Below the pieces are notes generated by a model. That model was given only the letters and a program-made list of their open reading frames with translations, was not told where the DNA came from and ran no database searches. A DNA stretch of 64,000 nt, from the NCBI RefSeq assembly GCF_004010195.1, contig NC_057719.1:27005323-27069322 (forward strand), read 5' to 3'. Shown here in pieces: positions 24,875 to 37,786 of the stretch. The position numbers were made by a program, and so were the translations under genes. Numbering within the stretch: position 1 is the first letter of the stretch; the number at the start of each line of letters is the position of its first letter. This DNA comes from Chiloscyllium plagiosum. Its lineage: Eukaryota.

Positions 24875-25220
24875 TTTAAGAGAGAAGTGTGAGGAGCATT
24901 TTTCAGAGGGTGGTGGGTGTCTGGAATGCATTGCGAGTGGAGGTCATGAAGGCAGGCACGTTAGCAACATTTAAAGTGTATCTTGACAGACATATAATTG
25001 GGAGGGGAACAAAGGGATAGAAACTGCATATGGGCAATAAATAGCAAGTTTAAGAGAGAAGTGTGAGGAGCATTTTTCAGAGGGTGGTGGGTGTCTGGAA
25101 TGCATTGCGAGTGGAGGTCATGAAGGCAGGCACGTTAGCAACATTTAAAGTGTATCTTGACAGACATATAATTGGGAGGCGAACAAAGGGATAGAAACTG
25201 CATATGGGCAATAAATAGCA
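24875..25220 (+). repeat. Tandem duplication, 172-bp copies, period 174
   Basis: 24875-25046 vs 25049-25220; one mismatch seen (gggagggga / gggaggcga). Confidence 0.92.
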
Positions 25221-26625
25221 GATCTAAATAAGGAATAGGAATTGGTGCAGGCTTGGTGGGGCCAAAGGGCCTGTTCTGTGCTGTATTGTATTGACTGTTC
25301 CTTAATACAAGGAAAAAGCCCATTTTGTATGGCTATCAACTTGCTCATTTTTAAAATCCAAATATTGTAACAATGATAGCCCTGTCTTGAACACACTACT
25401 GTCAAAATATGGACACACATCTCTTAGTTGAAATCATTAAATGTTTTGTGTCCAATTCCCTCTGACTCAATGACTGTTTTAATTTGCTATTTGTGCCCAT
25501 GATATTTAGATGGTTCACCCTGAGATCTGAAGGAGTTCTGTTCAGACTATTACACTGCAAATTACCAAAACAGTCCAGGTATCAATGTTTACCGAAAAGA
25601 TTGAATTCTAAGAACTGTGTGCAACCTTGAATTGAACCACCAATCATTGTCTGTTTATGATAAATGTCATTGAAATGTAAGGAATTGCAGTCATGCCTTT
25701 GTTACATACGGACTCAATAGTTCCAACACATATATGGCTGATATCCCACTTCTAAAGTCTATATATTTGAGGTCCATAACTAGATCTATCTCCTATCACT
25801 GACCTACAGGGGCTCCAGGTTAGGCAATGCCTTGTATATGATTGTAAAAACATACAAAGATGTAACTTGGGAGCAGAAGACCATGCAATATAACAAGAAG
25901 GTCAACATCTTTCTCCACTCCACCAGCTTAAAAACCCCCCAAAAAACTTGAAGCCCATCAGTCTTCACCAAAATTTATAAGTTTCAGCCCAATGTCTTCT
26001 GGTTGTTGCATCCTTTAAATTTTGACAATATTTTAAATTCTTTCTGAACTTTTCAACAGAGCTTCAAGTTCCTTCATGTGTAATTGAAACACATTTGAAA
26101 AGTCTTCCTGATTCTCATTCGCAGGGAAAGAGGCTATAACATTTATTGACAGTACAGATGTAAAACATCTCTAACAATAGCATCATCTAAATATAAATAA
26201 GAGACACGGGTCATCTATTTTGATCAGACGATTAGTGCTGACAGGTTTACTGCAATACAAGCTACTGATTTATCAATAATGCATTGTTATGCTGTGTGAG
26301 GCTGAATTTAGTGACTATCAGAAAAAGACTATGATGGTTTACAGCTGACCATGTTTCTATGTAAAAGATAAATGCTAGTTGTAGGCAGAATTCAAGCTCT
26401 CAAAACACTTGCTTTGAGATAGGAATACGAAATATGTATTTTAAAAACATGCTTAATTAAATAACACAATAAAGTGCCTAATTTCCAAAACAAGTTCATC
26501 AGTTGCTGTTACAGTACATACCTATTCCCATATTTATACATCAGAGTGGCTGATTATTCAATCCTAGGTGATTAGCTTAATCTGGCATGTTCCTCCCACT
26601 CAAATAATTTATTCATCTGATGAGG

Positions 26626-26890
26626 CATAGAGTTGGATAGTATGAAAACAGACACTTCGATCTAACTCGTCCATGCCGATCAGATATCTTAAATTAATCT
26701 AATCCAGCATTTTGTCTTTATTTCTCTAAATCCTTCCTATTCGTGTACCCATCCAGATGCCTTTTAAATGTTTAATTGTACCAGCCTCCACCACATCCTC
26801 CGGCAGCTCTTTCCATACATGCACCAACTTCTGCATGAAAAAGTTGCCCGTTAGGTCCCTTTTAAATTTTTCCTTCTCACTTTAAACCTA
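26626..26890 (-). mobile_element. HER1/CR1 3' end
   Basis: Antisense of 1-175-type sequence (catccagatgccttttaaatg, gtaccagcctccacc). Confidence 0.85.
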
Positions 26891-27164
26891 CATTGTGGGA
26901 AAAGTTTAATTTCTGCTAGTTACTGTGCAGTGTCCTGTTCAATGCTGCCTCTATTCTATATTTTAGTCATCGGCCAGAATAGGGGTGATTTTCATTGTAG
27001 TTAATGGGTATAATGACCTTCAAAAATTAGGTATACATAATATTCAATTCCTCTTTAAACTGACTATTTTACAATCTGACCATTTCATGGTTGCAAGTGT
27101 ATCGTGGTTTGAAGTTATAATCTAAAAAGATAAAATTGCACCAGATTTGTTGGGGACTTCCAAT

Positions 27165-27289
27165 TCGAGAATGTTGTGCTGGAAAAGCACTGCAAGTCAG
27201 GCAGCATCTGAAGCTGCCAGACCTGCTGTGCTTTTCCAGCACCACACTCTCGACTCTGATTTCCAGCGTCTGCAGTCCTCACTTTATAC
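27165..27289. mobile_element. Family A fold-back element lacking the central hammerhead segment
   Basis: Arms gtgctggaaaagcac...ggcagc / gctgcc...gtgcttttccagcac; TSD tggggacttccaat / tggggatttccaat at 27151-27164 / 27290-27303. Confidence 0.85.
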
Positions 27290-27712
27290 TGGGGATTTCC
27301 AATGTTTGCTTCATTATAGAAGCTGTTCTGCAGCCCAGTGTATGCTTTGGTCTTATATTGTCTGGGATACCGTATCACACAGATATAAAATAAAATGTAA
27401 ATACAAAACGTGAAACAAAAAATGTGCAAAATAAAACCTTGGTCAAACATTTTCAAGACATTCATTTTCTAGCCAAATTCTATTTCTATTTCTAATTTTT
27501 TTTTCAGTTTTGCAATAGCTAATATCACAACTATATACTCACATACTATATACTAGATGGCTGAAACATTGACCACAACCGTTTTTGAGAAATCAATTTT
27601 AAGTTGGTTTAATAAACCAGGTTACCCTTCCTATTAACTACACCACAGAATAATTTGAAAGTAACTTTTTTAAATCATGCTAAAACACAATATTTACTAT
27701 CCCGTCTGAAAA

Positions 27713-27748
27713 GTTCTGAAGAAGGGTCACTGGACCTGAAACGTTAAC
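27713..27748 (+). ncRNA. Core-intact minimal type-I hammerhead motif (family C) within a ~27710-27815 repeat fragment
   Basis: GUU-CUGAAGA-A-GGGUC(ACUG)GACCU-GAAA-CG-UU-AAC: helix I GUU/AAC, 5-bp helix II with one G-U, palindrome AACGUU. Confidence 0.75.
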
Positions 27749-28407
27749 ACTGATTTCATGGCACAGGTGTTGCCAGACCAGCTGAGATTTTCCAGTAATT
27801 TCTGTTTTTGCTTTTATTTCTAAAGTACCGCGCAGTTTCCCTGGATCATGGATGTCTGGACATTAATTGTGTTTGATGAAAGAAAATTGAGCAAAATAAT
27901 CAATTCTGAAAATTACTGGAATTTTGAGTGCTTTGTGCTTCAGACTGCTATCTGTTCCCAAAGCACTTGGCCTATGCACTGAACAAAACTGATCCAAATT
28001 ATATTGTTATAATACCTTTTCTGAGATGAAATCTAGACTTAATGAAAAAATCAACAAGCAATCAGACTGTTGATCAGCTGGAGGCTAATTTTTATACTGA
28101 GAATCAATACCCCACTCCACCAGATATCTCACGTTGATACTTAAAGAGCTTCTATTTGTATACCTCATGTCTTCCTTAGATTTCCCCCTTTAAGTTGTCA
28201 TTTTGTCTGCTGTCCTTATGTTTTCTCCCTCAGACAAAGTTGAACAAATGTAAATTAAATCAACAATGCAAAAAATTTAAAATTAGAATTTCACTGCTAT
28301 GCAAGATACTGTGGAACCATTTCATACTAGATGTATAAATCCCAGATCTTAGTTGCTGACATTTTTATCAGTTATACTTCTTAACTGAATTGCTTTTGAA
28401 GTAAGTT

Positions 28408-28598
28408 TGGAGAGACATTATTTGTGATGCACCTTGATTGGTCAGATATACTAGATAACTGGATCACTGATGGATTGTAAGGTGCGGAGAAATCATTATT
28501 GTAGATGGTTAATGATTGGTCAGTTCTATTGTCTAACTGGAGCACCAATTAGTAATATAGTACGGAGAAATCATTGTTCAAGGTTTATAATTGGTCAA
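28408..28598. repeat. Degenerate ~77-bp minisatellite (~2.5 copies) with ATTGGTCA motifs
   Basis: attggtca at 28437, 28515, 28590; cggagaaatcatt at 28485 and 28563; taactgga in two units. Confidence 0.75.
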
Positions 28599-29994
28599 CG
28601 TGGTGTCAGTATTGCACTTGGATTTATATTTTACAAAACTAACTGCTTAAAAATTACATTCAGACACTATTTCGATCTTAAAGTCGACAGCAGGTTTAGT
28701 AACTTGCTCTGAAATAAAATGAATAAAAATCAATCATGCATTCATGTATCACCAGACATAGCCATTTTTGAAGCAGTATAATTTCAGTGAACATTATAAA
28801 TGATTCCCCAATTTTGCAGTTTAAAATTAATTCACAATCTTTGCCCTCAATGAAATATTGGCCCTCAAATACATACAATTTTTATGAAAAATAAGCTATT
28901 TGAAAAGTTTTAATCTATTTTGAGTATGTTAAGTGTTTGTATTTCATTATTTATTAATCTGCCACTATTAAGCCAAGTGAAGGATATTGACAGTCACTCT
29001 AACTTGCAATTGGCAAGTTATTTGAATAGCCGTTATATACCTAAACAGTTAGTACAGTGCACTTACAATCTTCTGCTGTGATGAGAACTCAGCCTCCCAA
29101 AGGCATTAATTCAGTTGGAGGTCGATAAACATGATTCCGCAGTTGAATAAGGATTGGACAATAGAAAATTGCACAGTTGCAGTATTGCAGATTTATGACT
29201 AACATTGTTGTACGTCACTTCAGCAACATATATTACAAACAGAACTAAGCAGCATTTGCCTGAGGGCATCCTTTAACAGTTCAGAGTTGCAACATTATAC
29301 AGTGAAACCGACATTTCTTTGACAATGATGATACCAGCATGTTAAGGCTTTGTGTTAAAATATTAGTTTATGCATTAAAAACAGTCATTACTTTAAGAAG
29401 TGGTCTCTTTTAAAGTAAAAACTGCAGCTGAAGTCCAGTGATCATCCATCCGTTAAATGATGAGAGCAAGAGGTCTCCTCCAGTGAGAAAGAGGATGACT
29501 GGTTTTGACATGGGCCAGAAAGTTTCTTAGGGACTGGAAGAAACCATGGCATTGGTCCAATATGATAAACCAGCCTGTCACAAACTTATTGCTAACAGAA
29601 TCCAGGCTGATTGACTTTTACGTTATGACTGAATATTGATTGAAAACCATTTAATTTTGCTCTATTGCATGCATAGAGGGTCCCATATTACTTTTGCATT
29701 GCAACAGTTCATTTTTCAAGCAAAGGACACAGCAGGAAAATTGGCCCAACATGGTTAACAGAATAAATTAAGGACTCCAAAGAGGAGTCATATAAAGTCA
29801 CTAGGAAAAAGGAGCAGTTTAGAATTCAGTATAGGGGGAAGAAGTTCTTCATTAAGAATAGAAAATAAAGTATGTATGTAAACTTGTAAAGAATGTAAAA
29901 GAAACTGTAGTGTCTATTGTAAATATATACAAAGAAGAGTATCTGAAAGGGAAGAATTGATAATTGAGATCAAGGTAAACGCAGATGAAATAAG

Positions 29995-30390
29995 CATAGA
30001 TACAAAGGAACAGGATTAGGTCATTCAGCCCTGCCATGCTGTTCAGTCATGGTTGTTTGAATACTTCAGTGCCTTTTACTCACACCAGCCCCATAACCTT
30101 TTATGCTATTGGTAATCAGAAGTCTACCAGTTTCTACCTTAAACCTATTCAAAAATTGAGCTTTTACAGCCGTGTGTGGTAGAGAATTCCAAAAGTTCAT
30201 AACCCTCATTAAAAAAAACTTCTTCCTCTCAGTCCTAAATGGTATTCCTCTTGTTTTCAAATTGGCCCACCTGGTTCTCAACCTCCCAAACAGGGGAAAT
30301 GTCTAACCTGCATCTACCCTGTCAACCCCTTGAAGTATTTTCTAGGTTTCAATGAGATCATTTCTTATTCTTTCACACTTTAGAAAAATT
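29995..30390 (-). mobile_element. Old CR1 3' end
   Basis: ORF 30066-30281 (FRTERKKFF..RVMNFWNSLP..AV) is a CR1 ORF2 C-terminus. Confidence 0.8.
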
Positions 30391-30569
30391 AGGTTTAGTT
30401 CTCTGTCTAGCTTGTGACACTTTTAGCAAATGTATTTATCCAGGACCCATGAAATGTCCAAGACTTCTACGTACTTTAGCATGGGCACCCATGACTCCTC
30501 CTGACCTACAATCCTGTAACTGTAATAGCTGTTTGTTACCCTTAGAATATGTATGCACTTACTGTGAAA

Positions 30570-30765
30570 ACTTAACAGTGGATGTGATGTATTTGGAATT
30601 TCAGAAGACTTGTGTGCAAAATCAAATCACGTGATAATGTACTGACATGAATTGAGAATTGACTAGTACACAGGAAACAGTTGGAATTAATAGTTCAGAT
30701 TTGGGGTGGAAGGCAGTGACAAGTGGGGTACTGCAGGGATCAATGTTTGGGCCTCAGCTGTTCGC
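30570..30765 (+). mobile_element. CR1 RT fragments
   Basis: VDVMYLEFQK and gtgacaagtggggtactgcagggatcaatgtttgggcc (VTSGVxQGS motif). Confidence 0.7.
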
Positions 30766-33700
30766 ATATGTTTCACTACTGCCTGTTATAGAGAAGTAAT
30801 CAGTTGCTGAACACACAGAGTCCCTCAAGTAAGCAAACGTGGCACCGTCTGCATATTTGGCCTCTTGTATCAGTCTTGTCTCTCCATCAGTGCAGGCATA
30901 GAGTAGGAACCTCTCCTGCCAGCTCTGAGGCCTACTTCTTGAAATGTGTGAGGATCCTAATACCAGGCACCTCTCTGCCTGTTTGGGCTGTGGACAAAGA
31001 GAAGGATTGAAGATGATCATAATGGATACTTGGGCACTTCCTCAGTATGCATAGCCAGGCCATGCAACATGACCCCATTTTGGCGACACCTCACAAGAGA
31101 TTCTGGCTCAGGCTGTTCAGGAAAGAAGGGACATCCTCTTCACCAGTAATGGCAGCAGATCAAATCAGTGCAGCTCTGTGCCCAAGTGCTGAAAGAAGTA
31201 CCCATATCCAGTGCAGGAAGAAAATAAATGCCCCTAAGTGTCAGTTTGCAGTGATTAGACCTTGCACTTGCAGCCAGCAGAAAGAGAGAGAGAGAGAGAT
31301 CATTCATGTTATTTCTACACCGGATTTGGGCAGCCTGTAACAGCCTAAATGATGGTGCAGGCTTGCAATGAGTCTCAGGCATTTGGATGGCCTTCAAAAA
31401 TGGTTCCTGGATCTTTGACCACTGGAAGCGGGTATAACTTACTGTCTGCCCCACCCCATACAATTCGAGCAACAACTCACAAACCAAAGTGTTGAGCTGA
31501 AAACTGTGTCATTGCTGCAAATGAAAGTAACAACCTGTAACATTTCTGAAGCTGTACCTGTTTCCAAAATAGAAGCTTCAACCCATAGAATTCTTTGTGT
31601 GCTACCTGACAGCAGCTGAAATTGAACTTGCAGGTACATGCATGAATTTAAAAGAAGAGTATCTTTCAATTTTACAAAGTGCAATTCAATACTTTTCTTC
31701 TGCTTAGTGCATCAATTTCCAATATTTCATATTCGACATAGAGTCAGACTATTAAAAAAAAACTACTTATTTGATTGAATGCAAGCATTTGGGTCGGGTA
31801 TCAGATATTTTGAACACTTCAGCTTCTACCATTTCTCTCAGCCTAATAATGAGGCAGCACATTAAATTTACTATCGTACTTCATTCTTGAAGTCTTTAAG
31901 GAAGTGTGTAGGTGGAGATGTACTTGATGGATGAACTAGGCCAAATGTGGGCGATGTACTGTGTCATGACTTAGGTGCACAGAACCTTTAGTAATCAATA
32001 ATAATGAATGTTCTGCCTGAATCATCGATAGACAAATGAGTAATGGAAGAAACTGGCAATGAAGTAAGGCTTGCATAGACATCCAAATCTATTTTGTAGT
32101 TTGTAAGGGTTTTGCCGTTTTTATACTTATGAACGAAAGCTGCTGTTCCACCAATATCTGTGCAGTTAGAGTGCCAAGCTGCCCTATTGTGTGGCATTGA
32201 GGTGAAAATGTACACAGTTCTGAACCCAAGTAGCCATGACTTTTCAAAAGGTAAGGGCCTAAATCGGTCAGAACATGGACTGGAATTTCTAATCAGTGAC
32301 CAAGTGAGGCTGCTCACCTCTGACCTCAAAGAAAGCTGCCCTGAAAGACCAAGCTCTCTGCCCCAGATTTTTGACATTATTTTGAATCTGGTGATGTCAT
32401 CACACAGGGTCAACAGCCAATGACATGTAAATATTCACACAGATAGAAAATGAGAAGTGAAATATCACTGAAGCCTTTCAGTTTAATTTAAAATGTTATG
32501 GGAGGTTAAAATTAATGATTGAACTACTCATAGGAGATTTAAAAAGAAGTTAAAATATCATTTTAAAATTTGTTTATTATTCGAAAAATTACATGGAATT
32601 TCTTATCATAGTGGAGAAAATAACTAATACTACTCTTTTAGGTCCAGAGGCATTGTTTAACTCTAATTCTGCAGTTCATACACTGTTGAACAAGATGTAA
32701 CTTTGTAACAGTGAGACTGGAGATACAGTTTAATCTTGGTGGTAGATTGGAGAATCATTCCCACGTTGCCTCCATTGAGGAATGCCTAACAAAATTAAGT
32801 GCCCATCAGACATTTACCTGACCAGTATCAGGCATTCTTCAGGTTTCAGGACTTCAGGGCCAGAAATCCTGCCTGCTGGGAACTGCCGGCCAGTCAGAGG
32901 CTGGAATCTCTTCAGTGGTCTGTCAGTACCATTGTGAGTGATGTCGTCTGGTGCTAAACCATTCAAGATGTGGGAAATCACTGTTGAGCAACACGGGCCT
33001 AAAGTGAGGAATGAGGGTCATGGGGAGAGTGTTACTGGTTTGTTAGGTTATTGGTTATCAGAAGGACCAGGCAGGTTGGAATTTGGTTATGCCTCGTGTG
33101 CCTTCCTGATAAATGTAAAAATTGGTATAAGTACTGAGTTATGGTAGGATTTGTTTGTCTATCTTCTTGTATGGCGAGACTCCCATCTGCCATTGCTTGA
33201 ATACCAGTGCCAGTGGAATGAGATTGTTTGGTGGGCACTATTTAGTTTCTAGGCAGGAAAGCCAACATGAGCCACCTTACATTGGGACTTGATTGCATTT
33301 AGGGCGGTAGTGCATTCTGTCACCTGATTAAATGCCCCTCCAGTAAACTCCATAGTGCTGGAGAATAACAATGCACTGTGCTTTGGTTAGGTTTGCAGTA
33401 ACGAAGTAATGAGTTACTTTATTACCTGCAGACTTAATTCCAAAAGGGAGGAATTGTATTGTAGAGATTGGTACAAAGTGTAAGTATGAAACATTAAATG
33501 ACACAGCAACCCATGGATTATAAGCAGCCGTTAAACTGTTTCTAATGGAGGTCCCTCCTTTCTCAGTTACAGAAACACAAACAACATAATGTACTCCAGG
33601 TGTCTTCTCAGTGGGAGAAGAATTTTTTTTTAAATGACCGAAGTGATTAAAACTTTCAAAATCTGGCTACTTTCTAACAGAAAATGTAAATAAGTTTTCT

Positions 33701-33866
33701 ATCTCTGTGAAATTATTGTTATTCGATAATGACATATTCCAGCTCAGAACCATTGAGTTATTAAAAGGCTCTTTAGATATTTTTCTGTGCAGATACAAAC
33801 AAAAAACTAAATATTTATTAACTGATATTGATATAAACTGATAGTTAAAATTCACTTGTTCTTTAA

Positions 33867-34160
<294 letters not shown>

Positions 34161-35495
34161 TAATCAAAGTTCAATCTAATTATCAAGTAGGCAGTGCATG
34201 AACTTGTGAAATTCGTATTGGAAAATAATTAATATTTAGGACATTTTGAGTCAAGGTGGGAATATAGTCTATTTTTAGTTTGAAGTGATAAATTTCTTTT
34301 CCCTTAATATTTCCCTTAAATTAACTAATGCCTGTATTGTTGCGGTTTTAAACAAAACGTCTTTGCAAAACAATTTGCTGTAAATGCCTAGTTCTTTGTT
34401 TGTTGGAATTTAATGAGCGAAATGCACAAAACTACTGACATTTCAATTTGGAGTATCACCTTAATACAATATCCTCCCCCACCCCTCCTCCGTGAACTGT
34501 AGACTAATTAAGGTAACATTTGAGATTATAAGTTCCTGTTTTGTAGAATATACATCATTTTTTTCACAACAGCTTTATATTTTGGAAGAGAGAAATTACA
34601 ATTAAAGCAACTATAACGATTTATGTGTTACAAACCAGATGTTTTATCCCCTTCGGAGAAATAAAGGAACAAAATGAAGAAATTGTTGTTGCTAATTTTA
34701 AATCTTGGGTGATGAAATTAACCAGACCATAGGTCTCTGAAGCAAATGTTTATTGCTTTCAGCTAAAAGAAGATGTTTGTGTAGGGGAGGTGCAATTTTA
34801 ATCACTTAACAATTTAATCATCTAAACGCAATACAGATACATCAAGACTGTGCATAAAGAAACAATTATTATGCAGTTATGTTTTCAAAGTCCGCTGCAG
34901 GCATGTTTTCACTTAAAAAAGTACAATAAATATATTGATTTTTCTGCTTTATAACCAACTCTGTAACAATTTTATGTTAGGTTATTAAAAGATGGGCATT
35001 TTCAGGTGTTTATGTACTCGTGAGCTGGGTTTCTGATGAAGTCCCACTGCTTGGACCAAAGTCAAGAGCTGGCTAGCAGCACAATATGGCAACAGCATTT
35101 TATTAGCAGCAGCAAGTACTGAGGTTCCTGTCTATGGGTAAAAATCCATGTTGACAGGAAGATGTCGGGCTTCTGTCCTGACTCCTTCATACACCATTGT
35201 CCTATTTCCCAGCCTGTCTCCAAATCCAAACTGTTGATGTAAACAATTCAAGACTATAAAAATTCTAAGACAAGTGAAACCCTATTTAAAATTAAATGTA
35301 AATTGGACAATGTTTGAAGTAAGCAGTGGAACAATCAATATTTCTTCTAAGGTGGCAATGCTTTTACTGATTATTCTTTCAATATCAAATGCAAAGCTGT
35401 GATCGGTTGGCATTGATTTAATCTGATCTGAGCCTTACAACAAAAAGTCGATTCAGGCTTGAAAACTTTAATTTATCTTGGTATTATAAATTGTA

Positions 35496-35623
35496 CAGAA
35501 TCCCTATAGTGTGGAAGCAGGCCATTCAGCCCATTAAGTTCACACTGACCCTCTGAAGAGTATCCCACTCAGACCCAACCTATCCCTGCATTTCCTATGG
35601 CTAATTCACCTAGTTTTGCACAT
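35496..35623 (-). mobile_element. HE1 SINE 3' part
   Basis: Antisense tail cagaatccctatagtgtggaagcaggcc. Confidence 0.8.
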
Positions 35624-36163
35624 GTAATAATAAAGTAATAAATGTAATGGATCACAGATAATCAATTTCTATTCAACATAATTAGTGAGTGAGATTTCAC
35701 AATCCTTTGCATGGGTTCTGTTGATTTCAGGTGAAATGCAGTGAGAAAACTAATACGACTGAGCTGTCTAACTTTCAAACTAGATAGAATATTTACTTAA
35801 ACGAGAAGGCAGAATATCATCAAATTACTGGTTAAGTGGCAGAATGAAATGGCTCTTGCACTAATTAACCCTGATACATTAATTTGGCTTTGCATGATTC
35901 TTTATTGACAAATTATTTATTGCATTTCTTAAGTCAAGGCACAATTGTAGATGACTGTGAAAGCAGCAATTCTGAAAATAATTGGGCTTCCTCAAGCATC
36001 ACCATGGAGCATCTGTAATACTTTAAAATGATTAAATTGTTGAGTGAGAACAAAGCAAGATTATTTTTCCTTGGAACAGCCCAATGATTCAAAAATAAAA
36101 GACCATCCAGCCAAAGCAAATAAAGCCATGTCCTTAAAATTATATTGAGTAATAAATAAGCAT

Positions 36164-36370
36164 GGGAACGTGAGCACAGTGGTTCATTCGTTAACATTGC
36201 TATCTCGCAGTGCCAGAGGCCTCGGTTCACTTCCAGCCTTGGGCGACTGTCTGTGTGGAGTTTGCATGTTCTCCCCCTGTCTGTGTGGGTTTCCTCCAGG
36301 TGCTCTGGTTTCCTCCCACAGTCTAAAAGATAAATGCTTTTTAGGTGGATTGGCCATGCAAAATTGCTCA
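36164..36370 (+). mobile_element. HE1 V-SINE, 3'-truncated
   Basis: tRNA head and V-domain present. Confidence 0.85.
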
Positions 36371-36383
36371 TTTAAATAAAAAA

Positions 36384-36672
36384 TTAGATTAGATTCCCTA
36401 CAGCATGGAAACAGACCATTTGGCCCAACAACTCCACACCGACCCTTTGAAGAGTAACCCACCCGGTCCCATTTCCCTCTGACTAATGCACCAAATGCTA
36501 CGGGCATTTTAGCATGGCAAATTCACCTGACATCTTTGTGACTGTGGGAGGAAACCCACACAGGCACGGGGAGAATGTGCAAACTCCACACAGTCACCTG
36601 AGACAGGGATCAAACCCGGGTTCCTTGTTTCTGTGAGGCAGCAGTGCTAACCACTGAGCCACCATGCCGTCC
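36384..36672 (-). mobile_element. HE1 V-SINE
   Basis: Antisense tail ttagattagattccctacag, V-domain and tRNA head. Confidence 0.9.
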
Positions 36673-36799
36673 ATCAGTGCTCGTGTTCATATTTTCTCAC
36701 ATTCATTATGTCTGTGGGACAATGACCTTCTTCTTCTCTGTAACAATTCTGTGGATCTTAAATGTAACTCTTTATTACACAACACAGACCTTCCTTGTC

Positions 36800-37105
36800 A
36801 ATTAAATCTAAGCCCCTTATTATTTTGATCCTCAATTAAGTCACCCCTCATCTTCCTCTGTTTTAAGGAAAACAACCCTAACCTTTTCAATTTTCTCTCA
36901 TGGCCAAAATATTCAAATTACCCTGCAACATTTCTGTAAATCTCTTCTGTACTCTCTCCATAGCAATCATGTCCCTCCTGTAATACATTCAGGTTGAGAT
37001 GTGGCCTAACTAGAACTGGACACAAAATTCCACCTGTGGCCCAAGTAGCATTTTATATAGTTCCAGCATGACACTCCTGCTTTTATCTTCTATACCTCAT
37101 CCAAG
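36800..37105 (-). mobile_element. Degraded CR1 fragment
   Basis: tcacccctca...ggaaaacaaccc...tgtaaatctcttctgtactctctcca; probably continues at ~37790-38240. Confidence 0.65.
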
Positions 37106-37114
37106 AAGTCACTA

Positions 37115-37462
37115 GTTGAGAAATCCAAAGGCCCAGGTAATATTTTGGTGACTTGCATTCTAATCCCAGCATGGCAGATTGAAGAATTTGAATTCAATGA
37201 AAGAGAAATCTGGAATTAACAGTTAAATGATGACCATATTCAATAGTCATTTTTAAAAAAAAAACCTCTGGCTCACTTGTGTTCTTTAAGGAAGGAAACT
37301 GCTTTACATTGTCTGGCCTATATTTGACTGCAGACCAACAGAACTGTGATTGATTCTGCAATGGCCTCGCAAGCCATCAGTTATATCCAAGGGTGATTCG
37401 GGATTTGAAATAAATGCTGGCCTAGCCAGCCAAACCCACATTCTGTGAGTGAATTAAATAAA
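37115..37462 (+). mobile_element. tRNA-derived SINE sharing its 3' tail with the 5081-5820 LINE
   Basis: Tail ataaatgctggcctagccagccaaacccacattctgtgagtgaattaa aligns with the LINE end gtaaatactacccagctagcaacacccatgtcccatgagtgattaa. Confidence 0.7.
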
Positions 37463-37480
37463 GCTGTCTTTACCATCTTT

Positions 37481-37786
37481 ATTAGATTACTTACAGTGTG
37501 GAAACAGGCCCTTTGGCCCAACAAGTCCACACCGGCCCGCAACCCACCCAGACCCATTCCCCTACATTTACCCTTCACCTAACACTACGGGCAATTTAGC
37601 ATGGCCAATTCACCTAACCTGCACATTTTTGGACTGTGGGAGGAAACCGGAGCACCCGGAGGAAACCCACGCAGACATGGGGAGAATGTGCAAACTCCAC
37701 ACAGACAGTCGCCTGAGGTGGGAAGTGAACCTGGGTCTCTGGCACTGTGAGGCAGCAGTGCTAACCACTATGCCACTGTGCCGCCC
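37481..37786 (-). mobile_element. HE1 V-SINE, full length
   Basis: Head, V-domain and tail all present. Confidence 0.92.

Larger units (their letters stand above)
23085..25295 (+). mobile_element. Decayed CR1 LINE RT region with a PLE insertion and an internal tandem duplication
   Basis: ORFs 23069, 23436, 24291 and 24533 (LNEYFTSVFT, KSPGLDGIYPRIL, GNYRLVNVTSV, WPHLEY); tail gggcctgttctgtgctgtattgtatt. Confidence 0.9.
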
